A DNA stretch of 64,000 nt from an uncultured Planctomycetota bacterium (GCA_963849325.1 CAWKHF010000007.1:480001-544000); one strand, 5' to 3'. Counted from the first letter of the stretch, positions 21,462 to 33,886 are shown. Made by a program: numbers and translations. The notes: a model not told the origin generated them from the letters alone.

Positions 21462-22429
21462 GGGCGCTTCTCCGGCGTCGGGTCCGTCGGGCCGGACCCT
21501 GTCGTGGCTCGGGACGGTGGCAGGCTGCGTACCCCCGAGTTGGCGGAGCCGGGTTCCATGTCATCGAGTCCTCCCGCGAGAAAGTCGTCGTCATCGTCGT
21601 CCGATGCTTCCCTCGGTATTGTCGTGCGCTTGGCATCGGCCGCGGCTGGTTGTGCAAGCGACAGCAAAGGAATCGATCGCGGGATCGGAAGCGGCGGCGG
21701 CGCTCCCAGAGGTAGCTCGGGGGTCGGCGGCTCGGATGTCTCTGTCGCGGCCTCAAGGGCCGCGTTTGGCGGCTCCTTGGGACGCGCCGAAGGCGTCGTC
21801 GGGGAGGACATCTCGGGCTGGCTCCGCGGCAATTTCACAGGTGCCATCGGTACGGGTGCCTCAACGGGCGTTTCCGTCGGCGTCGGAGGCGGAACCTCGG
21901 GCGTCTTCCCTTCCTTCCACGGCAGGGGCAGGGCGGAGGGGTACACCGGCGCGTTCGGCTCGGCCTGCGGAGCACCGACGACAACGGTGGGAGGCGGCGC
22001 GTGCGGCATCGGCAGCGAGAGGACCACGAGCCGGCGCAGGCCGCTCTCCCGCGCCACCGCGGTGCCGTGACGGAAGCCCGCGTACCAGTCCATCACGCCT
22101 TCGCAGCCTTTGGACCCGTGGACGTGGTAGCGGAGGTAATGCTTCGGCGGCACCGCCGGCGGTTCTCCACTGCCGCCGGCGTACAGGTAATCCACGAAAC
22201 CGCAATGGAACCCATAAGCGTAGTCCGAGGAATAGGCGCTCTCCGGGCAGGCCCGCCGGACGTCCGCCCAGGCCTGGTGGGCCAGTCTGGCGTAGTGAAT
22301 CTTTTCGATGCGGCTGTCTTTGATGAGGTTGGCCTCATAGAGCAGGTTGCGCGTGCCGATGGAGAACAGGCCGCAACCCGTGCTGAACGGGCAGAGCAGG
22401 ACGACGATGACAGCGATCTTGCTCCGCAT
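21458..22429 (-). CDS. Hypothetical lipoprotein with Pro-rich tail
   Basis: Signal peptide ending STGC; overlaps the start of the Wza-like gene. Confidence 0.6.
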   Translation of the reverse strand: MRSKIAVIVVLLCPFSTGCGLFSIGTRNLLYEANLIKDSRIEKIHYARLAHQAWADVRRACPESAYSSDYAYGFHCGFVDYLYAGGSGEPPAVPPKHYLRYHVHGSKGCEGVMDWYAGFRHGTAVARESGLRRLVVLSLPMPHAPPPTVVVGAPQAEPNAPVYPSALPLPWKEGKTPEVPPPTPTETPVEAPVPMAPVKLPRSQPEMSSPTTPSARPKEPPNAALEAATETSEPPTPELPLGAPPPLPIPRSIPLLSLAQPAAADAKRTTIPREASDDDDDDFLAGGLDDMEPGSANSGVRSLPPSRATTGSGPTDPTPEKRP

Positions 22430-22686
22430 GGCTCGCTTCCTTGAGCACCCGCCCCACCCTCCGGAGGGCGGATGGCAACCCGACGGCTTGCCCCGACCCG
22501 GCCAAGCAGCACCAAGGACTTGCCTTGCGCTGCCCGCCCGGGTACCGTCGGCGATCGCCGCGGGGTACGCGTCCCCTGCGCACGTTGGAACCACAACATT
22601 GGTAGTGAAGCGGTCTCCTTACCATTGAAGCAATCTCTTGTAAAGAGCAGCCGTCTGCGGAGTGAAGCGCCATCCGGTCATGCGGT

Positions 22687-23931
22687 TCATTCTCGCTTCG
22701 TCAGGCGCGAGAGAAAGTCCGGGTCGGCCTGAAATTGCAGAGTGAGCCAGGGACCGTCCAGGGCGGTCTTGAATGTCGGGTCCGGGCGGCGCAGCGTGCG
22801 GAAGTATTCCTCCAGCCCCCCCGCTGCCGCCGCATCTTCGCACTCGAAGACCGCCTTCACGTCCAGCGACCTGTCCGGCACCAGCCAGACGCCGAAGGTC
22901 CGCAGCGCGGTCAATCGTTCCTGGACTTCCTTCTTCATCCCGCCGAGGAACTTCCCCGCGGAGGTTTTGGCCCAGTTGCGCGAATGGCCGACGACCCAGA
23001 CGAGGGCCGCCGGTTCGCGCCGCTGCTGCAAGACCGTTCGCACCTCCTCCGGCAACTGCCGGAGACCATCGGCGGGCTGGTCCGGCAGCGCTTCGAGCTG
23101 GTCCGGAAACAGGGCCACCACCAGCGTGCGCTCGTCGGCGAACCAGACGTAAAGGGGAACGTCCCGGTGCGGCGCGCGGAAGGCGTACAGTTTTTTCTTG
23201 CCGGCGCCGGCGGCACGGGCGCCGTTGAGCCGTTGGCGCATCGCGGCGTCGTCGTAAGGCTGCGTGGTGCGGAGGACCAGGTAAAATGGTGGGATCACGG
23301 CGTCGTCGATCTGGGCGGCGAAGATGAAGTGATCGAGATCCTCCAGTCGCAGTCCGACCCACGCCGGCAGGTCCGCCAGACGATATTTCGACGTACCAAA
23401 ATGGATGGGGTTTCGGAGCACTTGCCCGCCGACTGGCGTTTCGAGCAGTTCGGCGACGTGGACGCCGGCGAGGACGTTGACGTTGGCGGGCAGATAGCCC
23501 AGGGCGGCGAGCTTGTCCGGGGCCACGCGGACGACAGGAACGATGTCCGGCTCCGGCACACCTGGTTGTCGTCCCGGTCGGCGCGGCGGACGGCTGGTGT
23601 CATGAGCGCGGCGTTCGCCCTGCGTCCGCAGCATGAAGGCGAGTCCGCCGCCGGCCATGAGCAGCATGACGCCAAGCACCACCGCCGCGATCAGGCCATT
23701 GGACCGGCGCGATCGCCGTTCCAGGATAGGGGCCGCAGCGGGCGGGGCGTCGGCCGTGATACCGGTCTCCGCCGGACGCGGCGGCTGGGGCAGTGGCGTG
23801 AACGCCTCCGCCGGGCGCAAGGCGAAGGCATCGCCGCAGCGCGGACAGATAATCCGCTGTCCAGCCGTCGCGCTTGCCGGCACGCCGATCGAGGCGTTGC
23901 AGTAGGGACAGGTCAGAGTTTCCGAAGTCAT
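22687..23931 (-). CDS. Hypothetical membrane protein with N-terminal zinc ribbon
   Basis: CPYC…CPRC followed by one TM helix. Confidence 0.7.
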   Translation of the reverse strand: MTSETLTCPYCNASIGVPASATAGQRIICPRCGDAFALRPAEAFTPLPQPPRPAETGITADAPPAAAPILERRSRRSNGLIAAVVLGVMLLMAGGGLAFMLRTQGERRAHDTSRPPRRPGRQPGVPEPDIVPVVRVAPDKLAALGYLPANVNVLAGVHVAELLETPVGGQVLRNPIHFGTSKYRLADLPAWVGLRLEDLDHFIFAAQIDDAVIPPFYLVLRTTQPYDDAAMRQRLNGARAAGAGKKKLYAFRAPHRDVPLYVWFADERTLVVALFPDQLEALPDQPADGLRQLPEEVRTVLQQRREPAALVWVVGHSRNWAKTSAGKFLGGMKKEVQERLTALRTFGVWLVPDRSLDVKAVFECEDAAAAGGLEEYFRTLRRPDPTFKTALDGPWLTLQFQADPDFLSRLTKRE

Positions 23932-23996
23932 TCCATCTATTGTCGATGACCCGGCGCGACCTGTCCAGAGGTTCCGCGCTCAAGGAGCGCCGCACT

Positions 23997-24063
23997 CACA
24001 AGCCCGGAGCGCCAGCGACGGGTTGTAGTTGTAGCAACCCGTCGCTGGCGCTCCGGGCTTGTG
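23997..24063. repeat. REP-like hairpin
   Basis: ~29-bp inverted repeat with the same arm as 19949-20001. Confidence 0.9.
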
Positions 24064-24075
24064 GAGAAATCGCTT

Positions 24076-26078
24076 TTAGGGAGCTTTCTTCCGCGAGGAT
24101 TTTTGCAGACGGTTGATTTCTTCATCCAAGACTTCCCTCTCCGCGAGGATCTTAGCCAATTCCACTTGCAGCTGGGCGTTTTCGCGCATTAGCTGCTCCA
24201 GGCGCGAGTCGGAGGACAAGTGTCGCTGTACGTCGCGTTCCTCTTGCAACATGCGGATATAATCGCGAGCACGTTGCAGGCGTCGTCGCAGTCTCTCGTT
24301 CTTCTGCTGCCAGTCCTTGATAAGGACATCATCGCGATTCGGCGTTTCCGTAGCGCCATGTCGCGGCTTGGCCTCGATTTTCTCCCTATCGAATACTTCG
24401 CCGCCATTGGCGGTGATGGCTGCTCGCAACGTCGCCTCATCATATTTTTTCGTGAGCGTGTACACGTCTCGGCTGGCGAACGCCGCCTGGAAAAAGTCGC
24501 GGAACAGACCGCCCAGTTCCGGCAGCGGTTCGTCGGCGGCGTAGTGTAGGTCTTCCGGCTTGGTCCACGGCACGGCGTTGCCCGCCTCAACGATGAGGAT
24601 GGTGTTGGCCGTTCCGTCGGGAAAGTGCGCGGGGAATCGCGTGTACCATCGTTTCACGAATGCTGCCTCGATTCCGCCCGGCAACCAGAGGCGCTTTGGG
24701 TCTGCAGGAGCAGGAACAGCGTCTCTTTTCGCCTCCTCTATCTTGGGCACGAACAACGCCCCTCCCATACCCTTCTCCATGTTCGTGCCCCCTCTCGCCG
24801 GGCTGACGAAAACCTGGTAGTACGTCCGCAGAGGCGCATATGCCCTCCCCGGAGGGGCGTACACCTTCGGGACGTAAGTTTCCAGGAGCTTGCGATTATG
24901 CGGACTGTCCCAGGATTCACTGAGGTGGAACAGCTTGTACAGGTTGCCTTGGTCGAGGTACGGCAACAGGGCCACACGCCAACTCAGCAGCGCCTTGCCA
25001 TCCTTGCCGTAGATGGCAGGGGCGGGGAGATGGCCATGCTTCTCGGCGTAAGCGTGCATGGCCAGGGCGAGCGTCCTCAGGTTGAGCCGGCTCTGTGCCA
25101 TGTCGTGAATGAGCTTCGCCGTATCTTCCCGCGTGTTCGCCTCGGGGGCGTCAGCAGCGGGAGCGACCGCGTGGGGTGGGGGCGATTGGTCCGGCGGCTC
25201 CGTTGCGCTTCGGGCTGAGGCCCAAAATGTCGTCATCGTACCGCCGGCACAAACCACCAGGAAAAGCATCATCACGATCTTGATCCGCGTCCAGTACATC
25301 GCTTTCAACACTCCTTCCGCCAGGGCGGCGCTGCGCGGCAAGGCCATGGCGCTCGCCGCCTGGCCCGCCGCGAACGACTTCGCGCCCTGAATGGTGGTAT
25401 GGATTAGTCTCACCATCGCCGCCTGGGAGCTTGGCAGCGGTGAAGCGGCAGCGGATGCGGCCGCGGCGAGAGTTACGCCGCGGCGAACGAGCCGGCGGCG
25501 CAGCAGTTCGCGGCGCGCAGACAAACGCCCCGCCACGGTGCGCGCGGCCAACCCAGTTGGCTCGCCGCTTCCTCGTGCGTCTTCGCCTCGAAATAGCAGG
25601 CCACAATCACGGCGCGATACTTCGCCGACAAACGATTCACTTCCTCGCAGACGAGCCGGCGCAGCTCGCGCTGCTCCGCGTCGTCGGTCTCCGCCGGGGC
25701 CGCGATGCCTTCCAATGCGGGGCCGGCGGACGCGCGTTTCTGGACCTCGGCCCGGGCCTTCAAGGCGACGTGATAGGCGACGCGGTAGAGCCAGGCGCCG
25801 AGCGATTGACGGCGGCTGATGGAGCCGGCCTTGCGGACGAACACGAGGAACGTCGCCTGGAAAGCGTCGTCGGCCGCCTCGTCGTCGCGCAGCACCTGCC
25901 GGCAAACGTGCAGAACCATCGCCGCGTGCCGCCACAGCAACAACTCGAACGCCGCCTCGTCACGCGCGCTGACGAAGCGGCTCAGCAGGTCGGCATCGCT
26001 CACGCTGCCGCCGGCCGGTGTGCCGAGCACCCGGCGGAGATAGTGCAGGATCGGATGCTGTCGTGTGTCGGTCATCAC
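24076..26078 (-). CDS. ECF sigma-70 factor with C-terminal TM and DUF1559-like domain (frameshift near 25545)
   Basis: SDADLLSRF…[24 protein letters not shown]; then [30 protein letters not shown]. Confidence 0.8.
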
Positions 26079-26188
26079 AAGCTCGCTGCCGAAGTCGCCT
26101 CTTCTTTAATAGATCCCTCCGCGACCCGGACGCATACACTATTTTTGCATCGAGACTTTTTGTTTCGCCGCGAACTTTGGATCCTACC

Positions 26189-27412
26189 ATGAACAATTAC
26201 GTCACCCACCTCGAAAGCGCCCTCGACGGCACGACGTTGCCCGCCGGCCAGGTCCACACGGTCCATCAGGGCCGTCCGCTCTGGGTCCGCTACGACCTGC
26301 CGCGCCTGCGCGGCGCCGTCACCCCGGACACGTTCGCGTCCCGGCCGCCAACGCTGTGGCGTTACCGCGAGCTGCTGCCGCTGCCGCTGGACGCCGAACC
26401 CGTGACGCTCGGCGAAGGGATGACGCCGCTCTTGCCCTGTCCGCGTCTGGGCCAAGCGCTGGGCCTGCGGCGGTTGTTCGTCAAGGACGAATCGCAGTTG
26501 CCGACCGGCAGTTTCAAGAGCCGCGGCATGACCCTGGCCGTCAGCATGGCCAAGCATCTCGGCCTTCGCCGCCTGGCCATCCCCACCGCCGGCAACGCCG
26601 GCGGCGCGCTGGCCGCCTACGGCGCCCGCGCCGGCATGGAGGTTTACGTGTTCATGCCCCAGGATACGCCGATCATCAACCAGATCGAGGCGCACCTGGC
26701 CGGGGCGCGCGTGTTTCTCGTCAACGGACTCATCACCGACTGCGGCCGACTCGTCCGCGAGGGCACGCCGGCACTCGGCTGGTTCGACGTATCCACTCTC
26801 AAGGAACCGTATCGCCTCGAAGGCAAAAAGACGATGGGCCTGGAGCTGGCGGAGCAGAACGGCTATCGGCTGCCCGACGTGATCCTGTATCCGACCGGCG
26901 GCGGCACCGGCCTCATCGGCATGTGGAAGGCGTTTGCCGAGCTGCGCGAGCTGGGTTGGCTGCGCTCGGAGAGGCTGCCGCGTCTCATCAGCTGTCAGAG
27001 CGATGGTTGTGCCCCGATCGTGCGGGCGTTCGAGAAGGGCGAGCGCTTCGCGGAACCGTTCGCCGATGCTCATACGGTGGCCAGCGGCCTGCGCGTGCCG
27101 GCCGCCGTCGGCGATTTCATGATGCTCGACGCCATCCGCGCCAGCGGTGGTTGTGCCGTCGCCGGCCGCGAGGGGCGCATCCTCGAATGGATGCGGCGGG
27201 GCATGAGCCTCGAAGGCATCTCCTTCTGTCCCGAGACGGCGGTTTGTCTCGACTGCCTGGAGGTGCTTGTCGCCGAGGGACGGATTGGCGCGGACGAGGA
27301 AGTGGTCGTCTTCAACACCGGAGCGGCGCAGAAGTATCCCGAGATCGCGTCCTTGCGGCTGCCGCACCTCGACAAGGATCGCCCCGTGGATTACGAAGCG
27401 ATTACACGCTGA
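26189..27412 (+). CDS. thrC: Threonine synthase
   Basis: [41 protein letters not shown]. Confidence 0.85.
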   Translation: MNNYVTHLESALDGTTLPAGQVHTVHQGRPLWVRYDLPRLRGAVTPDTFASRPPTLWRYRELLPLPLDAEPVTLGEGMTPLLPCPRLGQALGLRRLFVKDESQLPTGSFKSRGMTLAVSMAKHLGLRRLAIPTAGNAGGALAAYGARAGMEVYVFMPQDTPIINQIEAHLAGARVFLVNGLITDCGRLVREGTPALGWFDVSTLKEPYRLEGKKTMGLELAEQNGYRLPDVILYPTGGGTGLIGMWKAFAELRELGWLRSERLPRLISCQSDGCAPIVRAFEKGERFAEPFADAHTVASGLRVPAAVGDFMMLDAIRASGGCAVAGREGRILEWMRRGMSLEGISFCPETAVCLDCLEVLVAEGRIGADEEVVVFNTGAAQKYPEIASLRLPHLDKDRPVDYEAITR

Positions 27413-27474
27413 CGATGCTTTACTGTCCGTCCCTGGACCTGAAATCCCGATGTCCAATCGGTCTTCATGGAAGC

Positions 27475-28753
27475 TCAACTCGCCGAAGCGTTGGCGGGGG
27501 TGATGGCCGGTACGTCCGCGGCGGGCGGAGTAGGGGTGATCAAGGCGAGGAACTCGTTCTCCCAGCGCGGCCGCAGCCGCCACAGCACGACCGCGCACAG
27601 GCAGGCCATCAGGGCGAGGACCGCGAAGCCGGGGGCAAAGCTGGCCGTCGTTCGCTTCAGCGTGCCCAGTACGTTCGGCAACAGAAAGCCGCCGACGCCG
27701 CCGGCCGCGCCGACGATGCCGGTGACGACGCCGATCTCGCGCGGGAAACGCTGCGGCACGAGCTGGAACACCGAGCCGTTGCCCATGCCGAGCAGGCCCA
27801 TGAGGACGAACAGCAGCACGATCGCCGCCGGCAGCGGCGGCAAACTCGTCAGGGCCAACAAGGCAAGCCCTGCGCCGATGTAGAGCAGCATCAACATGCG
27901 AATGCCGCCGAAGCGGTCGGCGAGGTAGCCGCCCACCGGCCGCAAGGAAGGAGCCGGACAGGACGCACAGCGTCGTGATGTAGCCGGCGTAGATTTCGCC
28001 GCTCTGGGCGTCGAGCGGGAAATACTGGTCCTTGAAGAAGATGGTCAAGAAGCTGGCCAGGCCGACGAAGCCGCCGAAGGTGACGGCGTAGAGCAGGCAG
28101 AACCACCACGTATCGGCCTGGCCGAGAACGGCGCCGTAGTCGCGCAGCGATTTGGCTGGCGGTTGGTTGGGGCTGTCCTTGGCCAGCAGCACGAAGACGC
28201 CCAGGGTCAACAGTAGCGGGATCAGGGCGAGACCGAAGACGGCGTGCCAGCCGAGGGAGCGGGCGAGAACGGGACCGAAGAAGGTGGCCAGGGCGGTGCC
28301 GCTGTTGCCGGCGCCGGCGATGCCCATCGCCAGACCCTGATACTGCGGCGGATACCAGCGGCTGGCCAGCGGCAGCGCCGCCGCGAAGCTCGCCCCCGCC
28401 ACGCCCAGAAGCAGACCGACCAGCAGCATTTCCGGATAGCTGTCCGCCCACAGCCAGCCCAGCAGCAGCGGGATCGTCGTCAGCACCATGCCGAGGATGG
28501 CCGTTCGCCGTGCGCCGATGTGGTCGGTCAGCAGGCCCAGCACCAGGCGCAGCAGCGAGCCGCCCAGCAGCGGCACGGCGACCAGGAAGCCTTTCTTCGC
28601 CGCGTCGGTTACCGGATCGAGTGCGAGATGGGCCGAGATGCTCACGCCCAGCGAGCCGATCAGCACCCAGACCATGAAACTGACATCGAAGTAGAGAAAG
28701 GCGCAGAGCAGCGTCGGGAAATGACCGGCACGGCGAAAATCACGCAAGTTCAT
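27475..28753 (-). CDS. narK: NarK/NasA-family nitrate/nitrite MFS transporter (frameshift near 27945)
   Basis: [54 protein letters not shown]. Confidence 0.88.
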
Positions 28754-28777
28754 CGCCTCGTCCCACAAAAAACAATT

Positions 28778-28874
28778 AACCACAGATGAACACAGATGAA
28801 CACAGATAAAACAAACTCAAATCAAATGATTCGTTTGGTTTTTCATCTGTGTTTATCTGTGTTCATCTGTGGTT
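28778..28874. repeat. Palindromic element of tandem CACAGATGAA units
   Basis: Three tandem 10-mers followed by their inverted copies. Confidence 0.9.
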
Positions 28875-29094
28875 CATTATTGGCCCATTGAGGTAGCGCA
28901 GCAGACTGACGTTGACGATACAGCAGACGACGCTGGCCGCGGCGGCCGGCCAGAGGACGGCGTCGTCGCCGCCCAGCCAGGCATGGACCGTCGCCGTCAG
29001 CAGCCACAGTTGGACGCAGCACGACGAACAGCACCAGGCAGAGGATGCCCTGCAAGATCGTCGTCATTTGTTCGCGGGTCAGTGGACGGTTCAT
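28863..29094 (-). CDS. Small two-TM membrane protein (DUF6755-like), frameshifted
   Basis: [23 protein letters not shown]… then [15 protein letters not shown]…WPAAAAS in the second frame. Confidence 0.6.
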
Positions 29095-29637
29095 GTGTGA
29101 GTTCACCTCCACTCCGGTGGCGTACAGGACGCCGCCGCGGTCCTCCAGGGTGATGCGGGGTAAGGGACGCCGCGGCGGACCGGCCAACGGCCGGCCGCTG
29201 TCCAGGGCGAAATAGCCCTTGTGACAAGGGCACAAGAAACAGTTGCGTTCCGGCTCCGGCGTCACCGCACAGCCCAGGTGCGTACACTTCTGGCTGAAGG
29301 CCAGCAGGGTGTGTTCGTCGGGACGCAGCAGCAGGCAGGGATCGTGGTCTTCCGGGTAGGCGAAGGCGAGCACGCCGCCGACCGGGACGTCGGCGAGGGG
29401 AGCGATGGCCTTGACGCCCGGCCGGCCGCGACGGCGGCGAAACCAACTCAGCACGCCGATGCCGAGCTGCACCAGGGCGAACGGCAGACTGGTCAGCACG
29501 AGAAACTTCGTGAAATCGCGGCGCGCGACGAAGTGGTCCTGCGGCCAGTCGATGGGAAAGTCCTGGCGCCAGGCCGGCTGCTCGCTCAGCGGCAGGCCGT
29601 TCGGGGCGGTCGTGCCTTTTTTCGTCGTCTCGTTCAT
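29095..29637 (-). CDS. Rieske 2Fe-2S protein with Tat-like membrane anchor (end approximate)
   Basis: CTHLGC…CPCH; RRDFTK followed by a hydrophobic helix. Confidence 0.88.
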
Positions 29638-30290
29638 TCACGCCCCCTCGTCCGGATCGAACAGGTTGGCATCCATCAGATCCAGGGCGAAGACCTTGTC
29701 TTCGGCCGTCTCGTGCATGCCGGCCGTCACGTCGATGCGCGGAGGCGTGGCCGTTGCGCGGGGCCATCAGGTTCACCTTCGTGGTGATGGTCTGGCCGCC
29801 GAACTGGAAGCGGTTCGTTGCAGCGGAGCGCGGCCGCAGTCGTTCGAATTTCCTCGCGCGTGCCGAAGAACAGCGCCTGGCTTGGGCAGACCGAGGCGCA
29901 CATCGGCTTCTTGCCGACGGAGGTGCGGTCGTAGCACAGATCGCACTTCATCATCAGGTCGAAATCGCTGTTCATCTTGGGCACGCCGAACGGGCAGGCG
30001 AGGACGCAGTTGTTGCAGCCGAGGCAGCGGGCCTTGAGGGCGCTGCGGACGACGCCGTCCTCGCCCTTCTTGATGGCGTCGGCGGGACAGACCTCGGCGC
30101 AGGTCGGCGAATCGCAGTGCATGCACACCATCGGCATCGTCTGCGTCGAGTAGGCCCGGTCGAGGTACTCCAGATGGATCATCGGCAGGCCCTTGTGCGT
30201 GTCGCACTCGCTGCACGCCTGCACGCACGCCTTGCAGCCGATGCAGCGGCTCGGGTCGATGAAGAAGCCATACTGTTCGGGGACCGGCAT
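29638..30290 (-). CDS. Multi-[4Fe-4S] ferredoxin subunit (DmsB/NrfC-like), frameshifted
   Basis: [41 protein letters not shown]…CASVCP. Confidence 0.9.
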
Positions 30291-30315
30291 CACCCCATCC
30301 TTTGCCGCTTGCGGC

Positions 30316-32578
30316 TTAGCGTGGCGAGCGTTCAGCCACAAACGGCTCGTTTCCCTCGGCATACGCCGGTGCGGCCGGCACCTTGAACACGCGCACGGCA
30401 CAGACCTTGAACTCCGGGATCTTCGAGATCGGGTCCTGAGCGGCGATCGTCACCTGGTTGATGCTCCGCGCCCCGGCCCAGTGGTAGGGCACGAACACGG
30501 TATCGGGCCGGATCGTCGTCACCACCTGCGCCCGCAGCGTACACGAGCCGCGGCGCGATTCGACGGTCGCCCAGTCGCCGTCGGCGATGCCGAGCCGGCT
30601 CGCCAGGCGCGGGTGCATCTCGATGCGCGGCTCGGGATATTGATCGACCAGCGGCCCGATGCGGCGCGTCTGCGTGCCGGACAGAAACTGGCTGACCACG
30701 CGGCCCGTCGTCAGGATGATCGGATACTCGTCATCCACGTCCTCCGCCGGCGGCGCGTAGGCGGCGACGTGGAAGCGCGCCTGGCCGTCGGGGAAGTAGA
30801 AGCGGCCGCGGCCGCGAGCGATCGGGTTCCACGAATCGGCCTCGAACAGCGCGGCGTGCCGGGGTGGTCCTCCGTGGGGCACGGCCAGAAGACGCCGTAT
30901 TCCTCCTCGATGCGCTCGTAGGTGATGCCGGCGTAATCGGCGATGCCGCCCGCCGAGGCGCGGCGCAGCTCCTCGAAGATTTCGCGCGAGTTCTCGAAGG
31001 TGAAGCCTCGTGGCCGGCCCAGCGCGCGGGCGATGTCCTGGATGATGCGCCAGTCCTGCCGGGCCTCGCCGGGCGGATCGACGCATTGATTGATCTTGAT
31101 GACGCGGCCCTCGATCTGCGTGACGGTGCCCTCGTCCTCCTCTTGCAGCGACCCGGCAGCACGATCGTCGGCGTGTTGCGCCGTCTCGTTGAGGAAGAAA
31201 TCGATGGCGACGTAGAAATCCAGCTTGTCGAGCATCCGGCCGACGAAGTGGCTGTCCGGCAGCGAGACCTTGGGGTTGAAGCAGAGCGACAGCAGGCCGC
31301 GCACCTCGCCGCGATCGATCTTGCGGAAAATCTCGTAGGCATCGACGCCCGGACCCGGCAGTTCGTCGGCGTCGATGCCCCAGACCTCGGCGACGTGCGT
31401 CCCGATGCTCCGGGTTGGCGATGTCGCGGCCGCCGGGGAGCTGATCGCACTTCTGGCCGTGCTCGCGTCCGCCCTGGCCGTTGCCCTGGCCGGTGATGGT
31501 GGCGTAGCCGCAGCCGGGCCGCCCGATGCGGCCGGAGGCGAGGACCATGTTGATCGCACCGAGGACGTTCTGTACGCCGTGGCTGTGGTGCTCGATGCCG
31601 CGCGCGTGCAGCAGAAAGCTGCTCCGCGCCGTGCCCCACCACTCCGCCGCCTGCCGGATCGAGCGCTCGGCGATGCCCGTCACTTCCGCCGTGCGCCGCG
31701 GCGTCCAGTCGCGGACGTGCTCGGCGACCTTGTCGAAACCGATGGTGTGTTCCGCGATGAAATCGTGATCGAGCCAGTCGTTCTCGATCATCAGGTGGAG
31801 GATGCCGTTGAACAGGGCGATGTCGCGGCCAGGCTTGACGGGCAGGAACAGATCGCAGGTGCGGGCGACCGGCGTGATGCGCGGATCGACGACGATGATA
31901 CGGGCGCCGTTCTCGCGGGCCTGCCAGACGTAGTTCGTCGTGATGGGGGCGCACTCGGCGATGTTGGCGCCGCTGATCCACACGACCTCGGCGGACAGGA
32001 TGTCGGACCACGGATTGGCGGCGCGGTCGATGCCGAAGGCGAGCTTGTTGGCCGCCGCGGCGCTGACCATGCACAGCCGGCCGTTGTAGTCGATGTTCGC
32101 CGTCTTCAGGCACATGCGGGCGAACTTGCCCATCAAGTACGCTTTCTCGTTGGTCAGGCTCGCCCCGCTGAGCACGGCGAAGGCGTCGGCGCCGTGCGCC
32201 GCCTGAATGTCGCTGGATGGCGGCGGCGACGCGCTCGATGGCCGCGTCGTAGGGGATGGAGCGAAAGCCTCCCGGCGCGGACGGATCGCGGTGGTAGGCG
32301 TGCAGCAGGCGGTCGGGGTGCGAGCCTTGCAGGTAGCGCTTGACGCCCTTGGGGCAGAGCATGCCGCGATTGAAGGGGAACTCGTCCCACGGCTCGAAGC
32401 CGACGACCTGGTTGTCCTTGACCTTGAGCTGGATGCCGCACTGCTGGCCGCAGAAGCAGCAGTGCGTCTTGACGAGGCGGTCCACCTCCGCGCCGGCGGC
32501 GGCCGAGCCGAGGGAGTAGGCGCGGTGCGGGCCGAAGTGCTCGAGGATGTCCAGAGATGCGACGGGTTGCGTGGCCAT
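30316..32578 (-). CDS. Mo-bisPGD oxidoreductase, nitrate reductase (NasA/NapA-like) catalytic subunit; several frameshifts
   Basis: [11 protein letters not shown]…LCPKG [4Fe-4S] motif; [30 protein letters not shown]; no Tat signal seen. Confidence 0.85.
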
Positions 32579-32590
32579 GATCGTCCGTTC

Positions 32591-33694
32591 TCACAAGGTC
32601 ACGACAACAGGGATTGCGAGCTTTCGCACCGAAGCATCGGGGCTGACTCGTCCCGGTCCGGTCCACAGGTTCGCGTGCGCCCGGCAGACGAGCGGCTCGG
32701 CGGCAGGGCGGGCAAATCCACTGGTAATGTCCCGCTGGCGTGCCGCCGATCTCGTAGCGATAGCCGAGCTGCCGCTTCGACGGCGATGAGGTCCTCGACG
32801 TGCATCCGCGAGGCGAAGACGGCGTGGCAGCGACGACAATGGGCCGGCTCGCCCTCGCGGCCGGCGTCCTTGTAGGCGCCGACGGCCAGGTGGGCCGGAC
32901 GCATGAAAATGTGAAACAGCTTGCCGAACGGCAGCCACAACAGCGTGAAGATCACGGTGACGGCGTGCAGGATGGCCAGGAAGTCGTAGGCGTAGCCGTG
33001 CATCCAGGTGTAGCTGACCGTCAAGCAGCAGGCCGGTGACGCTGATGGCGAACAAGCAGTACCAGGGGCAGGAAGTCCTCGCCGAACTGTTGCAGCGCCG
33101 CCGCCCCCTGGTCGCGCAGCCGCCGCCGCATCGCCAGCAGCACGCCGGCGATCACCAGCAAGCGACGACCAGACCAGACCGTGAAAGATCACGAAGCCGA
33201 ACAGCGAGTGCGATGGCGAACTCCATGGCGGCGAAGCCGAACACGTGGACGCGGTAGCGCGTCAGGTCGCCCGGCACCGTCTCGAAGTGGACCCAGCCGA
33301 ACACGAGCGGGAAGGTGATGGCGAGGGCGGTGACGCAGCCCCACATGATGCAGAAGTGGGCCGCCCCGCGCAGCAGGCCGCGCCGCCAGATGAAGCGGTT
33401 GCCGGCGAAGTCGGCGGCGAACCGCCGCAGCAGACGGACGCCGTGACGGCCAAATCCGCCGTTGCGGAGCAGCAGTCGTCCGCCACGCCGCCAGTACATC
33501 GCGGTCGGCGGCCGTTGCAGCCACATTACCCAGCGATAGGTGATGCCGAAGACGGCGAACAGCGTGGCGAAGGTGTAGCCGAGCAGGGCCACGTCGAAGT
33601 CGGCCAGGTTGCGCGATCCCAGGACGATAAGCCCAGCCAGCGTCACGGTCGCCAGCAAGGCCCATCGGGTCGCTCGTCGTCGCTCGGGAACCAT
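32591..33694 (-). CDS. Multi-TM membrane protein, NarI/cytochrome-b-like, with Cys-rich tail; frameshifted
   Basis: His residues in TM segments ([20 protein letters not shown]); LPFGKLFH; C-terminal CRRC…ICPPC. Confidence 0.65.
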
Positions 33695-33886
33695 CGTCAC
33701 ATGCGACTCCTTGCCGTGGCCGCCGACTTTCGGCGCCAGGCGCAACGCGGACGTATTCCGCGTCCCCTCCAGGACGCGGAGCCAGAACCTTCAAGGCTTG
33801 GCTCAAGCAGCTTATTGCGGATGTCGGCCACCAACGCATTCCGATTGCCGGGGCCGTCCTCGGGGCATGGAGGACATCGCCTTGTA

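Noticed and set aside
28843-29637. Rieske-membrane protein fusion as in the ORF track
   Set aside because: The frame runs on into a repeat and the small protein is itself frameshifted; two genes plus indel errors is more likely.
29095-32578. Arsenite oxidase AioAB (Mo subunit plus Rieske)
   Set aside because: The Mo subunit has a four-Cys [4Fe-4S] motif and a Cys ligand region like Nas/Nap, and NarK is in the same cluster.
33700-33880. ANTAR (NasT/NasR) dual-hairpin leader
   Set aside because: Only one weak 3-bp stem was found, and its loop does not fit the A1/G4 hexaloop pattern.
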